Assembly (NCBI GenBank): GCA_951406725.2
Contig: OX597822.1
Coordinates: 45,632,001 to 45,696,000, forward strand
DNA length: 64,000 bases
Source: Octopus vulgaris
Taxonomy: Eukaryota
Reading direction: 5' to 3'
Part shown: piece after piece, positions 39,216-53,606 of the stretch
Layout: every line of letters starts with the position of its first letter
Numbering within the stretch: the stretch's first letter is position 1
Notes under the pieces: generated by a model
What the model saw: the letters and a program-made list of their open reading frames with translations, nothing else
Databases searched by the model: none
What the model was told of the DNA's origin: nothing
Position numbers and translations under genes: made by a program

Positions 39216-40098
39216 CAGGCATACCTCAAGGCTAGGCCAAATTTACTTGTCTCTAGGCTAAACTGATAATAACCATTCCCAGTTCTGTACTTAAATCTCA
39301 TGAACTATCTTTGACTTGCCTTGAACTCTACATCTCTCTCATTTGGATATTTTTTCTTTGGGTCCTCAAATAAAGACAACACTTTCTCTTGAATGATTTC
39401 TTGACTAATAGTAGCATGCTGACAATTCAACCTAACAATCCAAAGAGAAAGAAGACTTTCCATTTCTTCAAAGATTTTTGCTTCTTATTCATAACAGTGC
39501 TCTTCGTTCCCGGGGGCTTCAGATTTGATATGTACTAAAATCTTGTCCTTATTATGTACAGTCATCAATAGAGTTATCCAACCCATCCCAAAAGATCATG
39601 CAACTGCTACCACTTTTTCACCTTTATCATGGCATTTTGTCATAGACGCTTAGTACTTTCACTATGAATTTTCTTAGGAGTCATGGGGACAAAAAATAAA
39701 GTCACAAATGAATGAGAAAGTAGCCGATAAACACATGTAAACAAATCCCAATTCAAAACAATCACTAGCAGTAGATATTGGAACTACAGTGCAATATGAG
39801 CACCGAAAGACCGATAAATAAGACAACACAGCTGATTTCATGATTTCATCCACTAAGCTACACTACTTTATGTTGTCTATCTTAACATTTACTGTACTTA
39901 TTTTAATATGATTTTATATGCTATCATTGTACGGTAACATGATTTTATGTGCTTTTAATGGTTTTCTAGTGATTTTATGATTCCAATATCTGTGGTATAC
40001 AGACGTAAAGTCGAGTAAAATGACTGGACTTATTTTTGAAAACCGATGTATCATTGAGAACGACTTAAATCGAAACAACTTAAGCCGAGGTATGCCTG
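39216..40098. mobile_element. Tigger/pogo-like non-autonomous DNA transposon; adjacent Tc1 transposase remnant at 39110-39210
   Basis: TA-caggcatacctc ... gaggtatgcctg-TA; remnant reads FLSILADHVHPMVETFFPDGRAIQQ. Confidence 0.7.
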
Positions 40099-42481
40099 TA
40101 TATCCCTTTAGCATTCAGATTACTCCGTTAAATGCAGTGCCTGTTTATTCACATTGATTTGAATTAATCAGGGATTACCTCAGAATTTTCAATGATGTGA
40201 TTGTTTATTTTTTTAGAATGATAATGTAGGGTAGACGTGAGAGGCTGGATCTGGCCAGTTTCAACATCAAACTGGTAAAATATTTAGACCGGATATGGCT
40301 GGTTTGAATGGCAAAGGGGTATACATGTTAGAGGGGATCAGAGAGATAGAGACAACAAAGGGCCCAGAGGGAAGGAAATGACATCATTAGAGCTAAAGAT
40401 GTTGGGCTCTACAGACGAAATGATGCAAGGGGATTAACATAAAAAGACTGTGTGTGTGTGCATACACATGTGCTGCAGACCAATGAAACTTAACAACTGG
40501 GAAAATTAACAAGAGAATGGAAAGGTAATAAAGATTAAGATGATGATGGTGAGGGCACAGGTAATTACCATGGTGATAATGATGATAGTGGTGGTGGTGG
40601 GGTGGAGTAATGCAAGTCCAAGATCTTAACTGTGTGCATATACGTATGTGTAAATTATAACACATATTTACACATGGGTGTATATATATATATGTGTGTG
40701 TGTGTATGTGTGTGTGTGTTAATAGATCCACACATAACCATACAATCATCCTATTATCTCTAATGAGATAACAAGTCCAACAAAACAAATAAAAAATAGA
40801 TTAAAAAATTTAAACATTGTGATGGTTGTTGTTGTTGCTGATAGTGGCTACCTTTATTATTGTTGTTGTTGTTACAGCTGTCATTACAACTGCTGTCTTT
40901 GTTGTAAAGGTAATCAATAATGTAATTAATAAAATATAATATCTGGAAAATTGAAAATCAATCTTGCCAATACAACACTTATTTTATCTTCTGTATATAT
41001 ATGTGTGTGTGTATGTACATGTGTGAAGAAAATGCTTTTTACTAGAGAAACTAGAGCTGTATATGTAACAGCAACAATATGAAGTACCTCCTCCAGCTAT
41101 GGAGTGTTGTCACTTCATCACTATCACCACCTGTCCCCCACCGCACACACCATAAAGTGCTGTCACCTTTCCATCACCATCACTCCTCCATCCACAACAC
41201 ACTGACACCTCTCACCACTACTGACACCTCTCACCACTACTGCCACTCCTCCACCAACCATAAAATAGAAAAAGGGTTTCAAGATGGCAATTTCATACAT
41301 GATATTTGATATTTCAAGAGAGGGGAGTCACCAATGGAAGAGATCTGTTCTTTATCCAGGAGAATTCTCTCATTTGGTTGCCCTCCCTAACAACAATCTC
41401 ACCCAAAAATTTTTTTTCTTGCTCATTATCCTTTTCATATTATTATAACAGTCACCAGATGTGACAGTGTGGTTAAGCTTGCTTCCCAACCATGTGGTTT
41501 TGGGTTCAATGCCCCCACGTGACACCTTGGGCAAATGTCTTCTACTATAGCTACAGACTCACCAAAGCCTTGTGAATAGATTTAGTAAACTGGAAGACGC
41601 CTAGAAGGGGCAGGGCTTGTCTTGATATCATGTGCTGGTTGTAAATAACTATCACCATCATACAAGTGATGCTGTTCATTTCCAGTTTTCTGTGAAAAAC
41701 AAGTCTGGCCATGAAGAAATGTCTCCTTACCTGGAAATAAGTGAAAGTTGATGATGGGAAGAGCATCCAGCCACAGAAAATCTGCCACAACACATTCCAT
41801 CTGATCCATGCAAATGATGATGATGATGATATCATTGCTTTAGCATCTATTTTTTCTTCCCCCATGTTAGCTGAGTTCAAACTTGACTCACTGAGGCTTC
41901 CCAGTAAGGGTAGCACTTCCCACGATCTTTCAAACAATGAACAGTTCAAAAGCCAAACATGGCCTGCAGCATGTACACAATATCAAGACAATGGGCAGCC
42001 ACAAACACACATGCATATGAATGCACACACACACACACACATGAGATATGGCTGAGTAGGTGACAAATTTGCTTTTGATATTATAATAGTCACAGATGTG
42101 GCATTGTGGTTAAGAAGCTTGCTTCCCAAACATGTGGTTTTGAGTTCAATGCCCCAAAGTGAAACCCTGGGCAAATGTCTTCTACTATAGCTACAGACTA
42201 ATCCCAGGTTCAGTCCCACAGCACACTTTGGACAAATATCTTTTCCAATAGGCCCTGGAAAATATCTTTTCCAATCTAAGCCTTGATGAGTAGATTTAGT
42301 GAAAGAAGCTGAAAGATACCCATACACAATCATCCAATCTTCCATGCCGTCATGGGTTGGCTGTTTGAACAGGATCCAATGGATCAGAGAACCATGTCTT
42401 GCTCCGGTGCCTCAGTTTTAGCAACAATAAAAACAACAGGAAGGAGAAATGACCATGAAGTAAAGAAATGTACAGACTGAC

Positions 42482-42580
42482 CTCTTCATTGGGTGGAGGG
42501 AACTCAATCTTTCTGTCGATACGTCCAGGACGCAACAAAGCAGGGTCCAAGATGTCAATTCTGTTGGTAGCCATGATGAC
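42482..42580 (-). CDS. PSMC5: PSMC5 coding exon 9 ([33 protein letters not shown]), second region of homology/Arg finger
   Basis: gattag/gtcagt boundaries; 99 bp; ORF 42350..42574. Confidence 0.97.
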
Positions 42581-43349
42581 CTAATCAGAAAAATACAAAC
42601 ACGACATTGAACATATTTATATAACACATTAATATAACACATACACACTTGATATGTAATTTGTATTTATATATTTACAAATGAGACATACATATATAGA
42701 TTGATAGATACATAGATAGACAGACGGCCATCAGCTCTGCTTTTGTGCCCATATACTTTGGAGGGTTGTGGATGTGTGTATATATAGAGAGAAACTAAAT
42801 GTAACATCATTATTATCGTTTAACATCTGCTTTCCATGCTGGCATGGGTTGGACAGTTTGAATGTGATCTGGAAAGCCAGTGGCTGCGCCAGGCTCCAAT
42901 CTAATTGGGCAATGTTTCTACAGCTGGATGCCCTTCCTAATGCCAACCATTCCGAGAGTGTAGTGGGTGCTTTTTACATGCCACCAGCACAGGAGCCAGT
43001 CAGGTGACTCTGGCAACGGCCATGTTTGGATAGAGCTTTTTACATGCTACCAGCATGGGAGCCAGTCAGACAGCCCTGGTACCAGCCATGTTCAGATAGT
43101 GCTTTTTACACGTCACCAGCAGAGAAGCTAGTCAAGGTTCGACTGTAAAAGGTTTGATCAAAATGTATCAAGACTGATACTATAAAAAGAAAACTACTAA
43201 TCCCCCTTAAAATACTTTCCTTCTAAAGCCACACACTTTATCTATCATCATCCGTGTTGATGGAAGCATTCCTGCAACTCCTTTTTTGGGGACAGTGAGT
43301 AGCTGCCTTGTTGCATTCCCATGGATTTTCTCTCAACATCTTGGAATGC

Positions 43350-43900
43350 TAATTCATACTGGACAGATGTGTGTCCTCATCTTGTTTGCTGTTACCATGT
43401 TTCAGCTGATTTACTCACCAGCCTTCATCAGGTGTCCTGATAGAATTTTGAACAACAATCCTGGGTTCTCATTCTTAAGGTATTTTTTGCTGATGTAATT
43501 ATTACTATTTATTCAAGGCATTGCCTGGAATAGAACTCGTCAATTATAGAGTGAATTTTAGGGCTTATAAACCTATTAAGACTGGTTCCCATTTTCTACT
43601 CATATCTGCACTAGGTCTGCTTAGGAGGTTACTGTGTCCTAGCATACGCGCTGCTCCTTTTAGTTTTCATATTTTCCAGTGGTGTCCTCTGTCTATTATT
43701 TTAATTTCATCTCGCAGAGGAAGGTGGTCTTCACTTTTCCATACATGATCAGCTATACCCAGGGTTGGATTCAAAAATTCTACCAGGACACCAGATGACT
43801 GCTGGAGAGTAAATCAGCTGAAATGTTGTGGTAACAATAAACAAGACGAGGACACATATCTGTCCAATGTAAATAATTCTTCATCTCTAAAATATAGAAC
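43350..43900. mobile_element. Fold-back tRNA/HHR Penelope derivative copy 4, with GIY-YIG C-terminal remnant (43560-43760, -), inserted in a mariner remnant (to about 44212, -)
   Basis: TSD aacatcttggaatg; terminus aaatatagaac; mariner motif VITGDRPWV and TIR tacgaggtctgatg. Confidence 0.8.
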
Positions 43901-44687
43901 ATCTTGGAATGTTGTTCCTTTCAAGTGGGATTTCATTTTCGCCTTAGTTTCAGGGTTATGGCTGTGTACCCATGGTCTGTCACCTGTTATGACTGTTTTC
44001 AAGACGTTTATGTATTTCTTGACACAATCAATGAGATCCTGCACAACTGAAAGCCAATCTTTCTCAAACACTGATATAAACAACAGAAGTGAGCAAGAAG
44101 GATAGAACAGTGTGCATGCATTCAAGGTCAATCTGTGCCAAGCGTCTTCACTCAGAGTACTTTAGCTCTGTTACCATAGTAACAGTTATGATACTTTTTC
44201 ATCAGACCTCGTATATGTAGATGCAGATATGTGGTAAGAAGTTTGCTTCCCAACCACATGGTTCCGGGTTCAGTCCCACTGCATAGCACCTTGGACAAGC
44301 ATCTTCAACTATAGCCCTGGCCCAACAATAATCTTGAGAGTGGACTTAGTAAACAGAAACTGAAAGAAGCCCATCGTGTGGGTGTGAGTTTGAGTCTATA
44401 TGTATGTGTGTGTTTGTCTTGTTGACATGACATCACTATTCCATGCTTGCATGGGTTAGACAGTTTACTGAAGCAGATTTTCTACAGCTGGATGCCCTAC
44501 CTGTCAGCAACCCTCACCTGTTCCCATGTAAGATAATATTCCCCCACAACCAGAAATATTTTCACAGAATATTGGAAACAAACAACACTGCTTGCATTAC
44601 GATACTTGCTTACAACTATCACATGATGTCAGGGCAAGAAAACTCAATAACACAAGCATATATGTGGAGGGGCGGGGGGGGGCTTAC

Positions 44688-44764
44688 CTTTATGTTTTGT
44701 TTTGGCTCAAACCCATCAAGTTGGTTCAGTAATTCCAACATGGTTCTCTGTACTTCACTGTCGC
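44688..44764 (-). CDS. PSMC5: PSMC5 coding exon 8 ([26 protein letters not shown])
   Basis: ttacag/gtaagc boundaries; 77 bp, phase 1 to 0. Confidence 0.97.
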
Positions 44765-46223
44765 CTGTAACAGAAACACACAACAACATCAACATTAAAT
44801 CTATGCTGGCAATAGCAGCTAAATCACTTTGACATCACACTCTACCCTTTTAAATTAAAAAATCTACTTAAATTCCATCTGACCCTGTTTGGTTGGAAGA
44901 CATTTATAAAGAACTGCTGCTCTTCCTCTCAACTGTTAAAGTACACATACACTATCAAAAACCTTCACTTCTTGTACTCCCTTCTAGTTATCTCTATGTC
45001 ACATTCATCTACCTATTAAAAAGTATCGCACAATTCTACTTGCCCACCCAATTCTATATCTCACTCAAAAATTTCCATCTTTTTTTCTCAAGAAACATTT
45101 TCCTTTAGAACCTTCTTCTACATCGGTGGAAGGGTTAATTTAACGGATATTTGAGGCAATGTGACTGCAGCCAATCCGAAAATATTGCTAAACGAAATGT
45201 CAAAAACAGGAGTAGCTTCCCTTACATCATACATTTATTTTTTTTTTTATGCTTTCCAAGGGGAATAATTTGTATGTGATAAAATATACAACGCGATGGT
45301 AACAACACAAAATAAGCAATGTTCAACGGTTGTGACAACGAAATATTTAAAAATAATGTTACTTCTGTTTCTTCTTCAAGGCGATGAATAATTAAAAAAA
45401 AAAAAGTACACTAAATTTTGATACCTCTTTCGTACAGTGGAGTGCCAGACAGTAGTACTTCAAAATAGAGTTATGTCCCTTTATGTTCCGAGTTCAACTC
45501 CTCGTGGATTCAACTTTCACGTCTTTTATTCTTCTGGCGGTGTCAAGAGTATGAAACGATTTGGCCCGCTTATTGACGTTGCCGATTTGACATCAGCTTC
45601 TTTCACAGACGTTTTAATATTTCGTGGCGATGCGCCGTGCGTGAGAAAACCCATCAAGCCAAGTGAGATTGTAGTTGTCGCATAACTGGCACGTAAAAAG
45701 CACTCTTCAGACGTTAGGCGATATGCTGTACTTGAGAAGACTTGTCAGGTCAAGTGAAACCATAGTTGTGGTCGATGCTAGTGCTGTCTGACGAGTACTT
45801 GTGCTAGTGGCATGAGGGCGACTTTGCCTTTCATCCTTTCAGGGTCAATAAATTAAGTACCATTTGAGTACTGGGGTCGATCTAAACGACTGACCCTCTC
45901 CCCAAAAATTTCGGGCCTTGTACCTAGAGTAGAAAAGGGTATACCGTGCTTGCGTAGACCTGTCAAGCCAAGTGAGATCACGGTCCTGACCAATGGTGTC
46001 ACGTCAATGGCATCTGTGCCAATGGGATGTGAAAGGCACCCTCTACACTCTTGGAGTGGCTGGCGTTAGGAAGGGCATCCAGCTGTAGAAACCATGCCAA
46101 ATCAGAATGTAACCTGGTGCAGCTCCCTCGCTTACCAGTTTTCAAAGCGTCCAACCCATGCCAGCATGAAAAACAGACGTTAAGCGACAATGATGATTCT
46201 CTCCCTCCCCATTTCTTTGACTG

Positions 46224-46296
<73 letters not shown>

Positions 46297-46700
46297 ATAT
46301 TTCCGATTGTGTTTTCTGTTTATCATTTACTTGCTTCAGTCATTTGACTGAGGCCATGCTGGGGCACTGCCTTCAGGAATTTTAGCCAAACGAATCAACC
46401 ACAGTCCCTTTTTAACTTTTTAAACCTGGTACTTATTCTGTCAGTCTCTTTTGCCGAACTGCTGAGTTACAGTGATGTAAACACACCAACACCAGTTATC
46501 ACATGGACACACACACACAAAGTTCCTTTCAGTTTCCATCTACAAAATCCACTCACAAGGCTTTGGTCAGCCCAAGGTGTCACACAGTGGGACTGAACCC
46601 AGAACCATGTAGTTAGGAAGCAAACTTCTTACAACACAGCCATGCCTGCCCCTTTGTGAATGAGGAAAAGGAAAGTGTTTATGTTAATCATATTCAATTA

Positions 46701-46943
<243 letters not shown>

Positions 46944-47117
46944 CTAAAAAAAATAAAGAAACTCTTTTTTTTTTTTTTGAAGGGTGAATAGAAAAAAATA
47001 TCAGGTAAAGGTATAAAGTATCACAAAGAAAAGAACCATTAGGACAGCAGGATGATGAAGGCAGTGATGATCATATGAGGAAGAGGATAATTATGTGATG
47101 TACCAAAGATATCCAAA

Positions 47118-47495
47118 GTAAAGATCATTTGCCAAAATAAGATGGCAGTCCTGGTTTAGGACGAATGTTGCTGTAATTTAGCCCCAGGAGACATTGTCTC
47201 CAGCTGGCTATACAACACAATCTGTGTCCTTATATTTTCGAATAAAGGCATTTAGTAACCCCACTCAGCTCAAAACAATATCTGTGTATCACGATTCCTG
47301 GGTTATTTCCCTTTTTGACCTGGAATACACAGATATTGTTTTGAGTCAAGTTGGGGTGATAAATGCCTTTGTTCAAAATATAAGGACACAGATCGTGTTG
47401 TATAGCCAGCTGGATACAATGTTTCCTGGGGCTAAATTACAGCAACATTAATCATAAACCAGGACTGCCACATTATGTTGGCAAATAATCTTTAC
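47118..47495. repeat. Palindromic MITE-like element, about 170-bp arms, in PSMC5 intron
   Basis: tggcagtcctggttta...aaaacaatatctgtgtat versus atacacagatattgtttt...taaaccaggactgcca. Confidence 0.88.
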
Positions 47496-48497
47496 TCGAG
47501 AGTACTGTTGCTGAATATCTCCCACTGAGTAAGGTATCCAATAAGAGATAAAGTAACAAGTGTGGTTATATCTCATTTACCCTAGATGTTGTGGCTTTCA
47601 TCTCTTAGCAGACTCCATCAAACATCAAGAAAACTTGGTCGTATTAAACAAGAAACCATATGGGTGGTCGCTTGAAGTGCTAGAAATAACAGCTATATCT
47701 ACAAGCTAAAAAATATACACACACATACCCACACCCACACATTACAGGCTCATTTCAGTTTCCATCAATCAAATTCACTCCTAAACCTTTGGTTAGCTTG
47801 GGACCCAATTCCACAGAAGAGTGTCTTGGACACTTGTACAAGATACTGAATATTTATTTCTTTATTGCCCACAGGGGATCTAAATATAGAGGGGACAAAC
47901 AAGGACAGACAAAGGCATTAAGTCAATTACATCGACTCCAGTGCATAACTGGTTCTTATTTAATCTTTTCTACTCTAGGCACAAGGCCCGAAATTTAGGG
48001 GGAGGAGGGGCCAGTTGATAAGATTAACCCCAGTATGCAACTGGTACTTAATTTATTGACCCCGAAAGGATGAAAGGCAAAGTTGACCTCGGTGGAATTT
48101 GAACTCGGAACATAATGGCAGACAAAATACTGCTAAGCATTTCACCCGGCATGCTAACTCGCCACCCTGAATATTGACCAAATATATCAGCATAGGAGTC
48201 GAATTTTACAGCAAAAAAAGAGGGGAGGGGATAGGTAAGGGTCGACTTATACACCAAGACAATTTTGGAGGACCAAAAATTCCAGGTGAAATGCAGCAGG
48301 ATTTGGAAAGATAATGATAATGTTTAAATATTTACACTATATACTACATCGACTTGTATGTCGGAAAGTAAGATATGTATAGAAAAATTGTTGTTTCCAG
48401 TCATTATATTTTTGTTTTAACATTTGATCAATAATTTCTCTTCGATGGTGGTGGAGGGGTTAAATCAAACACAGCTCTAAGGGACAACAGAATCTTA

Positions 48498-48674
<177 letters not shown>

Positions 48675-49778
48675 TCAGACATTTTTTAGTAATATACACA
48701 GATTAACAAAATTTATTCATCTAATTTCTTACACAATTATTAAAACTTCTTCTCTTCTGGAGAGATTGCCAGAACCATTAGAATTTTAGACAGAAAAGCC
48801 CTTGCAACATTTCTTCCAGCTCTTTTAGCTTTGAAGTTAATTTCTGCTATCATCATCATCGTTTAACATCCGCTTTCCATGCTGGCATGGGTTGCATGGT
48901 TTGACTGAGAGTTGGCAAGCAAGAAGGCTGCACCAGTCTTCAATCTGATCTGGCAAAGTTTCTACAGCTGGATGCCTTTCCCAATGCCAACCACTCGGAG
49001 AGTGTAGCTATGTGGTTAAAAAGCTCACTTTACAAACACATAGTTCCAGTTGCAATGCCACTATGTGACACCTTAAGCAGAGGCAATGGCAAGTGACTAA
49101 GACCTTTGGTAAAAGCTGTGCTTGAGAAGACTCGCCAAGCAAAGTGAAATCGTAGTCGTGGCCATTGCCGGCATCATGTAAGTGACACCCAATACACACT
49201 GTAAAGTGGTTGGCATTAAGAAGGGGATCCATCCATAGAAACTATGCCAAATCAGACTGGAACCTGGTGCAGCTCTCAGGCTTATCAGCTCCAGTCAAAC
49301 TGTCTGACCCATGCCAGCATGGAAAAGTGGACATTAAATGATGATTATGATGACAGGCATGGGTTGATCTAAGCCTTCAATATGAAAACAAGCCAACAAA
49401 CTTTGTGTAAACTTGTTATATCAATAAATAGCAAAAACACATTAAGGTCTGCTATTCCAAACAGATATGATCCTTAAACATTTTATTACCTGACCAGGAA
49501 AACTTAACTCTCCATTACAAGGTTGACAAAATAGTAAATACATTTATATGAGGGCACATGGCCTTGCCATCATAGGATTGCGCTTATGATCACGAGATCA
49601 TGATTTCGATTCCCAGACCAGAAGGTACAAAGTGTTCTTGAACAGAACATTTCACATTGCACCAGTCCACTCAGCTGTCAATGGGGTGACCCTACAATGG
49701 ACTGCCATTTCAGTCAAGAGGGTTGTTGGCCTGGCCAGTGGGGGAAGCATCATTCAAAACTGGTTGATACAGTTACAA

Positions 49779-49809
<31 letters not shown>

Positions 49810-50281
49810 GCAATTAAGGACAACTACTTAATAAGGAAAACTTAACAAGAAATTGTCAGGTAGATAGCGTGAAAACCTCATAAGAGAAAAAATTTCGAAA
49901 ATAATTATTTCTTATTGAACATATTAATTTATATATAGAGGGCATTATACATACATGCCAGATGGCATTATACATACATGCCACACGCTAAGAGGGACAA
50001 TTAGTCATTTCTACCAAAAATATTACTAAAATTTTTTCTCTTATGAGGTTTTCACGCTATCTACCTGACAATTTCTTGTTAAGTTTTCCTTATTAAGTAG
50101 TTGTCCTTAATTGCTAAATTTTTATTCCGAAAAAACTTTTCCTTTCCTGAAATGCAATTCGTAAAAAGTCTGACATTTACAGGATGTAATATATGTAAAC
50201 TCACCCATGTGCTTCGCTGATGTTGATCAGTTAGCTGATCGGCTTAGGCGAGGCAGGGTCGTTTATGTATGATATATCCAG

Positions 50282-50325
50282 GCCTGCTGATGAATACGTA
50301 AGTATGAAATCACTGTGATACAGGT
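50282..50325 (+). ncRNA. Type I hammerhead ribozyme, copy 1; predicted cleavage after A50320
   Basis: gcctg CTGATGA atac gtaa gtat GAAA tca ctg tga TA caggt: perfect core, three stems, AUA site. Confidence 0.88.
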
Positions 50326-50755
50326 ATATTTTTTTAAATGTCTTACTTTGAAAAATTGCATTCGGTGGGATTAGTAATATTTTTGGTAGAAATGACTAAT
50401 TGTCCCTCTTAGCGTGTGGCATGTATGTATAATGCCATCTGGCATGTATGTATAATGCCCTCTATATATAAATTAATATGTTCAATAAGAAATAATTATT
50501 TTCGAAATTTTTTCTCTTATGAGGTTTTCACGCTATCTACCTGACAATTTCTTGTTAAGTTTTCCTTATTAAGTAGTTGTCCTTAATTGCTAAATTTTTA
50601 TTCCGAAAAAACTTTTCCTTTCCTGAAATGCAATTCGTAAAAAGTCTGACATTTACAGGATGTAATATATGTAAACTCACCCATGTGCTTCGCTGATGTT
50701 GATCAGTTAGCTGATCGGCTTAGGCGAGGCAGGGTCGTTTATGTATGATATATCC

Positions 50756-50807
50756 AGGCCTGCTGATGAATACGTAAGTAAGTATGAAATCACTGTGATA
50801 CAGGTCT
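50756..50807 (+). ncRNA. Type I hammerhead ribozyme, copy 2; predicted cleavage after A50800
   Basis: aggcctg CTGATGA atac gtaagtaa gtat GAAA tca ctg tga TA caggtct: 7-bp stem I; 4-nt insertion confined to loop 2. Confidence 0.88.
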
Positions 50808-50942
50808 ATTTTTTTAAATGTCTTACTTTGAAAAATTGCATTCGGTGGGATTAGTAATATTTTTGGTAGAAATGACTAATTGTCCCTCTTAGCGTGTGGC
50901 ATGTATGTATAATGCCATCTGGCATGTATGTATAATGCCCTC

Positions 50943-50974
<32 letters not shown>

Positions 50975-51411
50975 GGGGCAGGATTGGTTGTGTGGTAAGC
51001 TTGCTTCCCAACCATATCGTTCTGGGTTCAGTCCCACTGCATGGCACCTTGGGCAAGTGTCTTCTACTATAAGCCTCAAGTTGACCAAAGCTATATGAGT
51101 GGATTTGGTAAGCAAAAACTGAAAAAAGCCCATCGTGTATGTGTGTCTCCCCACCATTGACTGACAACCGATGTGGGTGTGTTTACATCCCTGTAACTTA
51201 ACAGTTCAGCATAAAAGACCGATTAGAATAAGTACTAGGCTTACAAAGTCCTGGAGGCGATTTCTTCAACTACCCTATAAAGTGGTGCTCCAGCATGGCC
51301 ACAGTCAAATGGCTGAAACATGTAAAAGAATAAAAATGTACGTGTGTGTATACACACACACAGGATGGAAATGAGATGAGACAAGGCACCATCTAGACAT
51401 GGAAAATATTA

Positions 51412-52035
<624 letters not shown>

Positions 52036-53176
52036 TATTATTATTGAATGAGAGAGCAATGCATGCTATAAAAGTAACATTGGGATACAAATAGACAAAG
52101 TCCAATATAGCCATCATGACTACCTGCCTGATAAGAGTGCACCAGGCACATGCATCACTACCACATGTGTGCGACATGGTGATCTCATATCATGATAAAC
52201 TGCTCATGACCTTGCAGGTGGGGGCCCAGTTAGAATTTTCTTCAGGCCAAGTAGCCCATCCCACTCAAACAGTCCCTGAATAAGAGTTGTTTAAGGATGT
52301 TGAACAAAACAACCATGTCTCCAGAGGTGAATTATTCAAACCCCAAAGAATTACTCTCAACACATGGCTACTTCTGCACGTGAACAAAGATGCACATATC
52401 GTCAGCCACCAAGGGACATGTTCAACTGGTTACGGTCAAACAAATAACAAGCAAATCTGTAGTATTGAGCAGAATATTTGCTGCATATATGTGGAGGAAC
52501 AATGGCCCAGTAGTTAGGGCAGTGGACTCATGGTCATAGGGATCGTCATTTCAATTCCCAGACCAGACGTGTTTGTTGAGCAAAAACACCTAAAGCTCCA
52601 CGAGACTCCGGCAGGGGGGTTAGCGAACCCTGCTGTACTCTTTCACCACAACTTTCTCTCACTCTTTCTCCCTGTTTCTGTTCTACTTGTATTTCAAAGG
52701 GGCCAGCCTTGTCACACTCTGTGCCATGGTGAATCTCCCTGAGAACTACATTGAGGCTACACGTGTCTGTGGAGTGCTCAGCCACTTGCACGTTAATTTC
52801 ACAAGCAAGCTGTTCCATTGATTGGATCAACTGGGACCCTCGTCATCATAACCAATGGAGTGCCACATTTTATATACATACATATATATATATTATATAT
52901 ATATGACAGGCTTCTTTCAGTTTCCGTCTACCAAATCCACTCACAAGGCTTTGGTTGGCCCAAGACTATAGTAGAAGACAGTTGCCCAAGATGCCACACA
53001 GTGGAACTGAACTCAGTACCATGTGGTTGGTAAACAGGCCACTTACCACACAGCCAATGCTTATACATTTAAATACAGACATACATAAATTTTTTAAATG
53101 TTTCTATACATTACGATGATGATGATTATAGTGAAAAGAAAAAAAGAAAAGAAACAAGGAAACAGTGGTCACTTAC

Positions 53177-53302
53177 TTTATTGGGTAAGATTTTGTGCAG
53201 GGTGTAACAGTCGTTGCGCAGGGCAACTCTGCTGTTTGCAGTGACATCATTGATGTCGATGTTCTTGTCCACATCGACAACAAACTTTCCCTCGGGGTGT
53301 AC
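53177..53302 (-). CDS. PSMC5: PSMC5 coding exon 4 ([42 protein letters not shown]), OB fold
   Basis: ttacag/gtaagt boundaries; 126 bp. Confidence 0.96.
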
Positions 53303-53552
53303 CTGTAATGTTAAGGAAGGTAATTCAGTAATGCATGCATGTGTGCATATGCATAAATGTGTGTGTGTGAGGAGTTTTGGTATCCAGAAGATCCAAAAGG
53401 CAGGTAAGGCTATGTAAGTGCTACAGAAGGACCGTAGTTAGACTCCCGGTTCGATAGTATGAGTGAGGAGTCTAATGCATGTATACGTTAAATAAGATGA
53501 GACAACAAAGCCAAGGCTGTGTGAAATTTCTAGGACATTTATAAAGAGAGAT

Positions 53553-53606
53553 ATCGTCTTACAGCTGTTTCAGGGATATGAGGGATATCCCTTCATCAGA
53601 GATGAT
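53553..53606 (-). ncRNA. Minimal type I hammerhead on the PSMC5 sense strand (intron between coding exons 3 and 4)
   Basis: atcatct CTGATGA agggata tccctca tatccct GAAA cagctg TA agacgat: 7-bp stem II, palindromic ACAGCTGT stem III, GUA site. Confidence 0.82.

Larger units (their letters stand above)
49808..50952 (+). mobile_element. Hammerhead-containing tandem repeat (retrozyme/pLTR-like): inverted 222-bp partial unit followed by about 2 direct 476/480-bp units, between (TA)n tracts
   Basis: 50028-50503 is nearly identical to 50504-50952; 49808-50029 is the reverse complement of 50371-50592. Confidence 0.9.
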
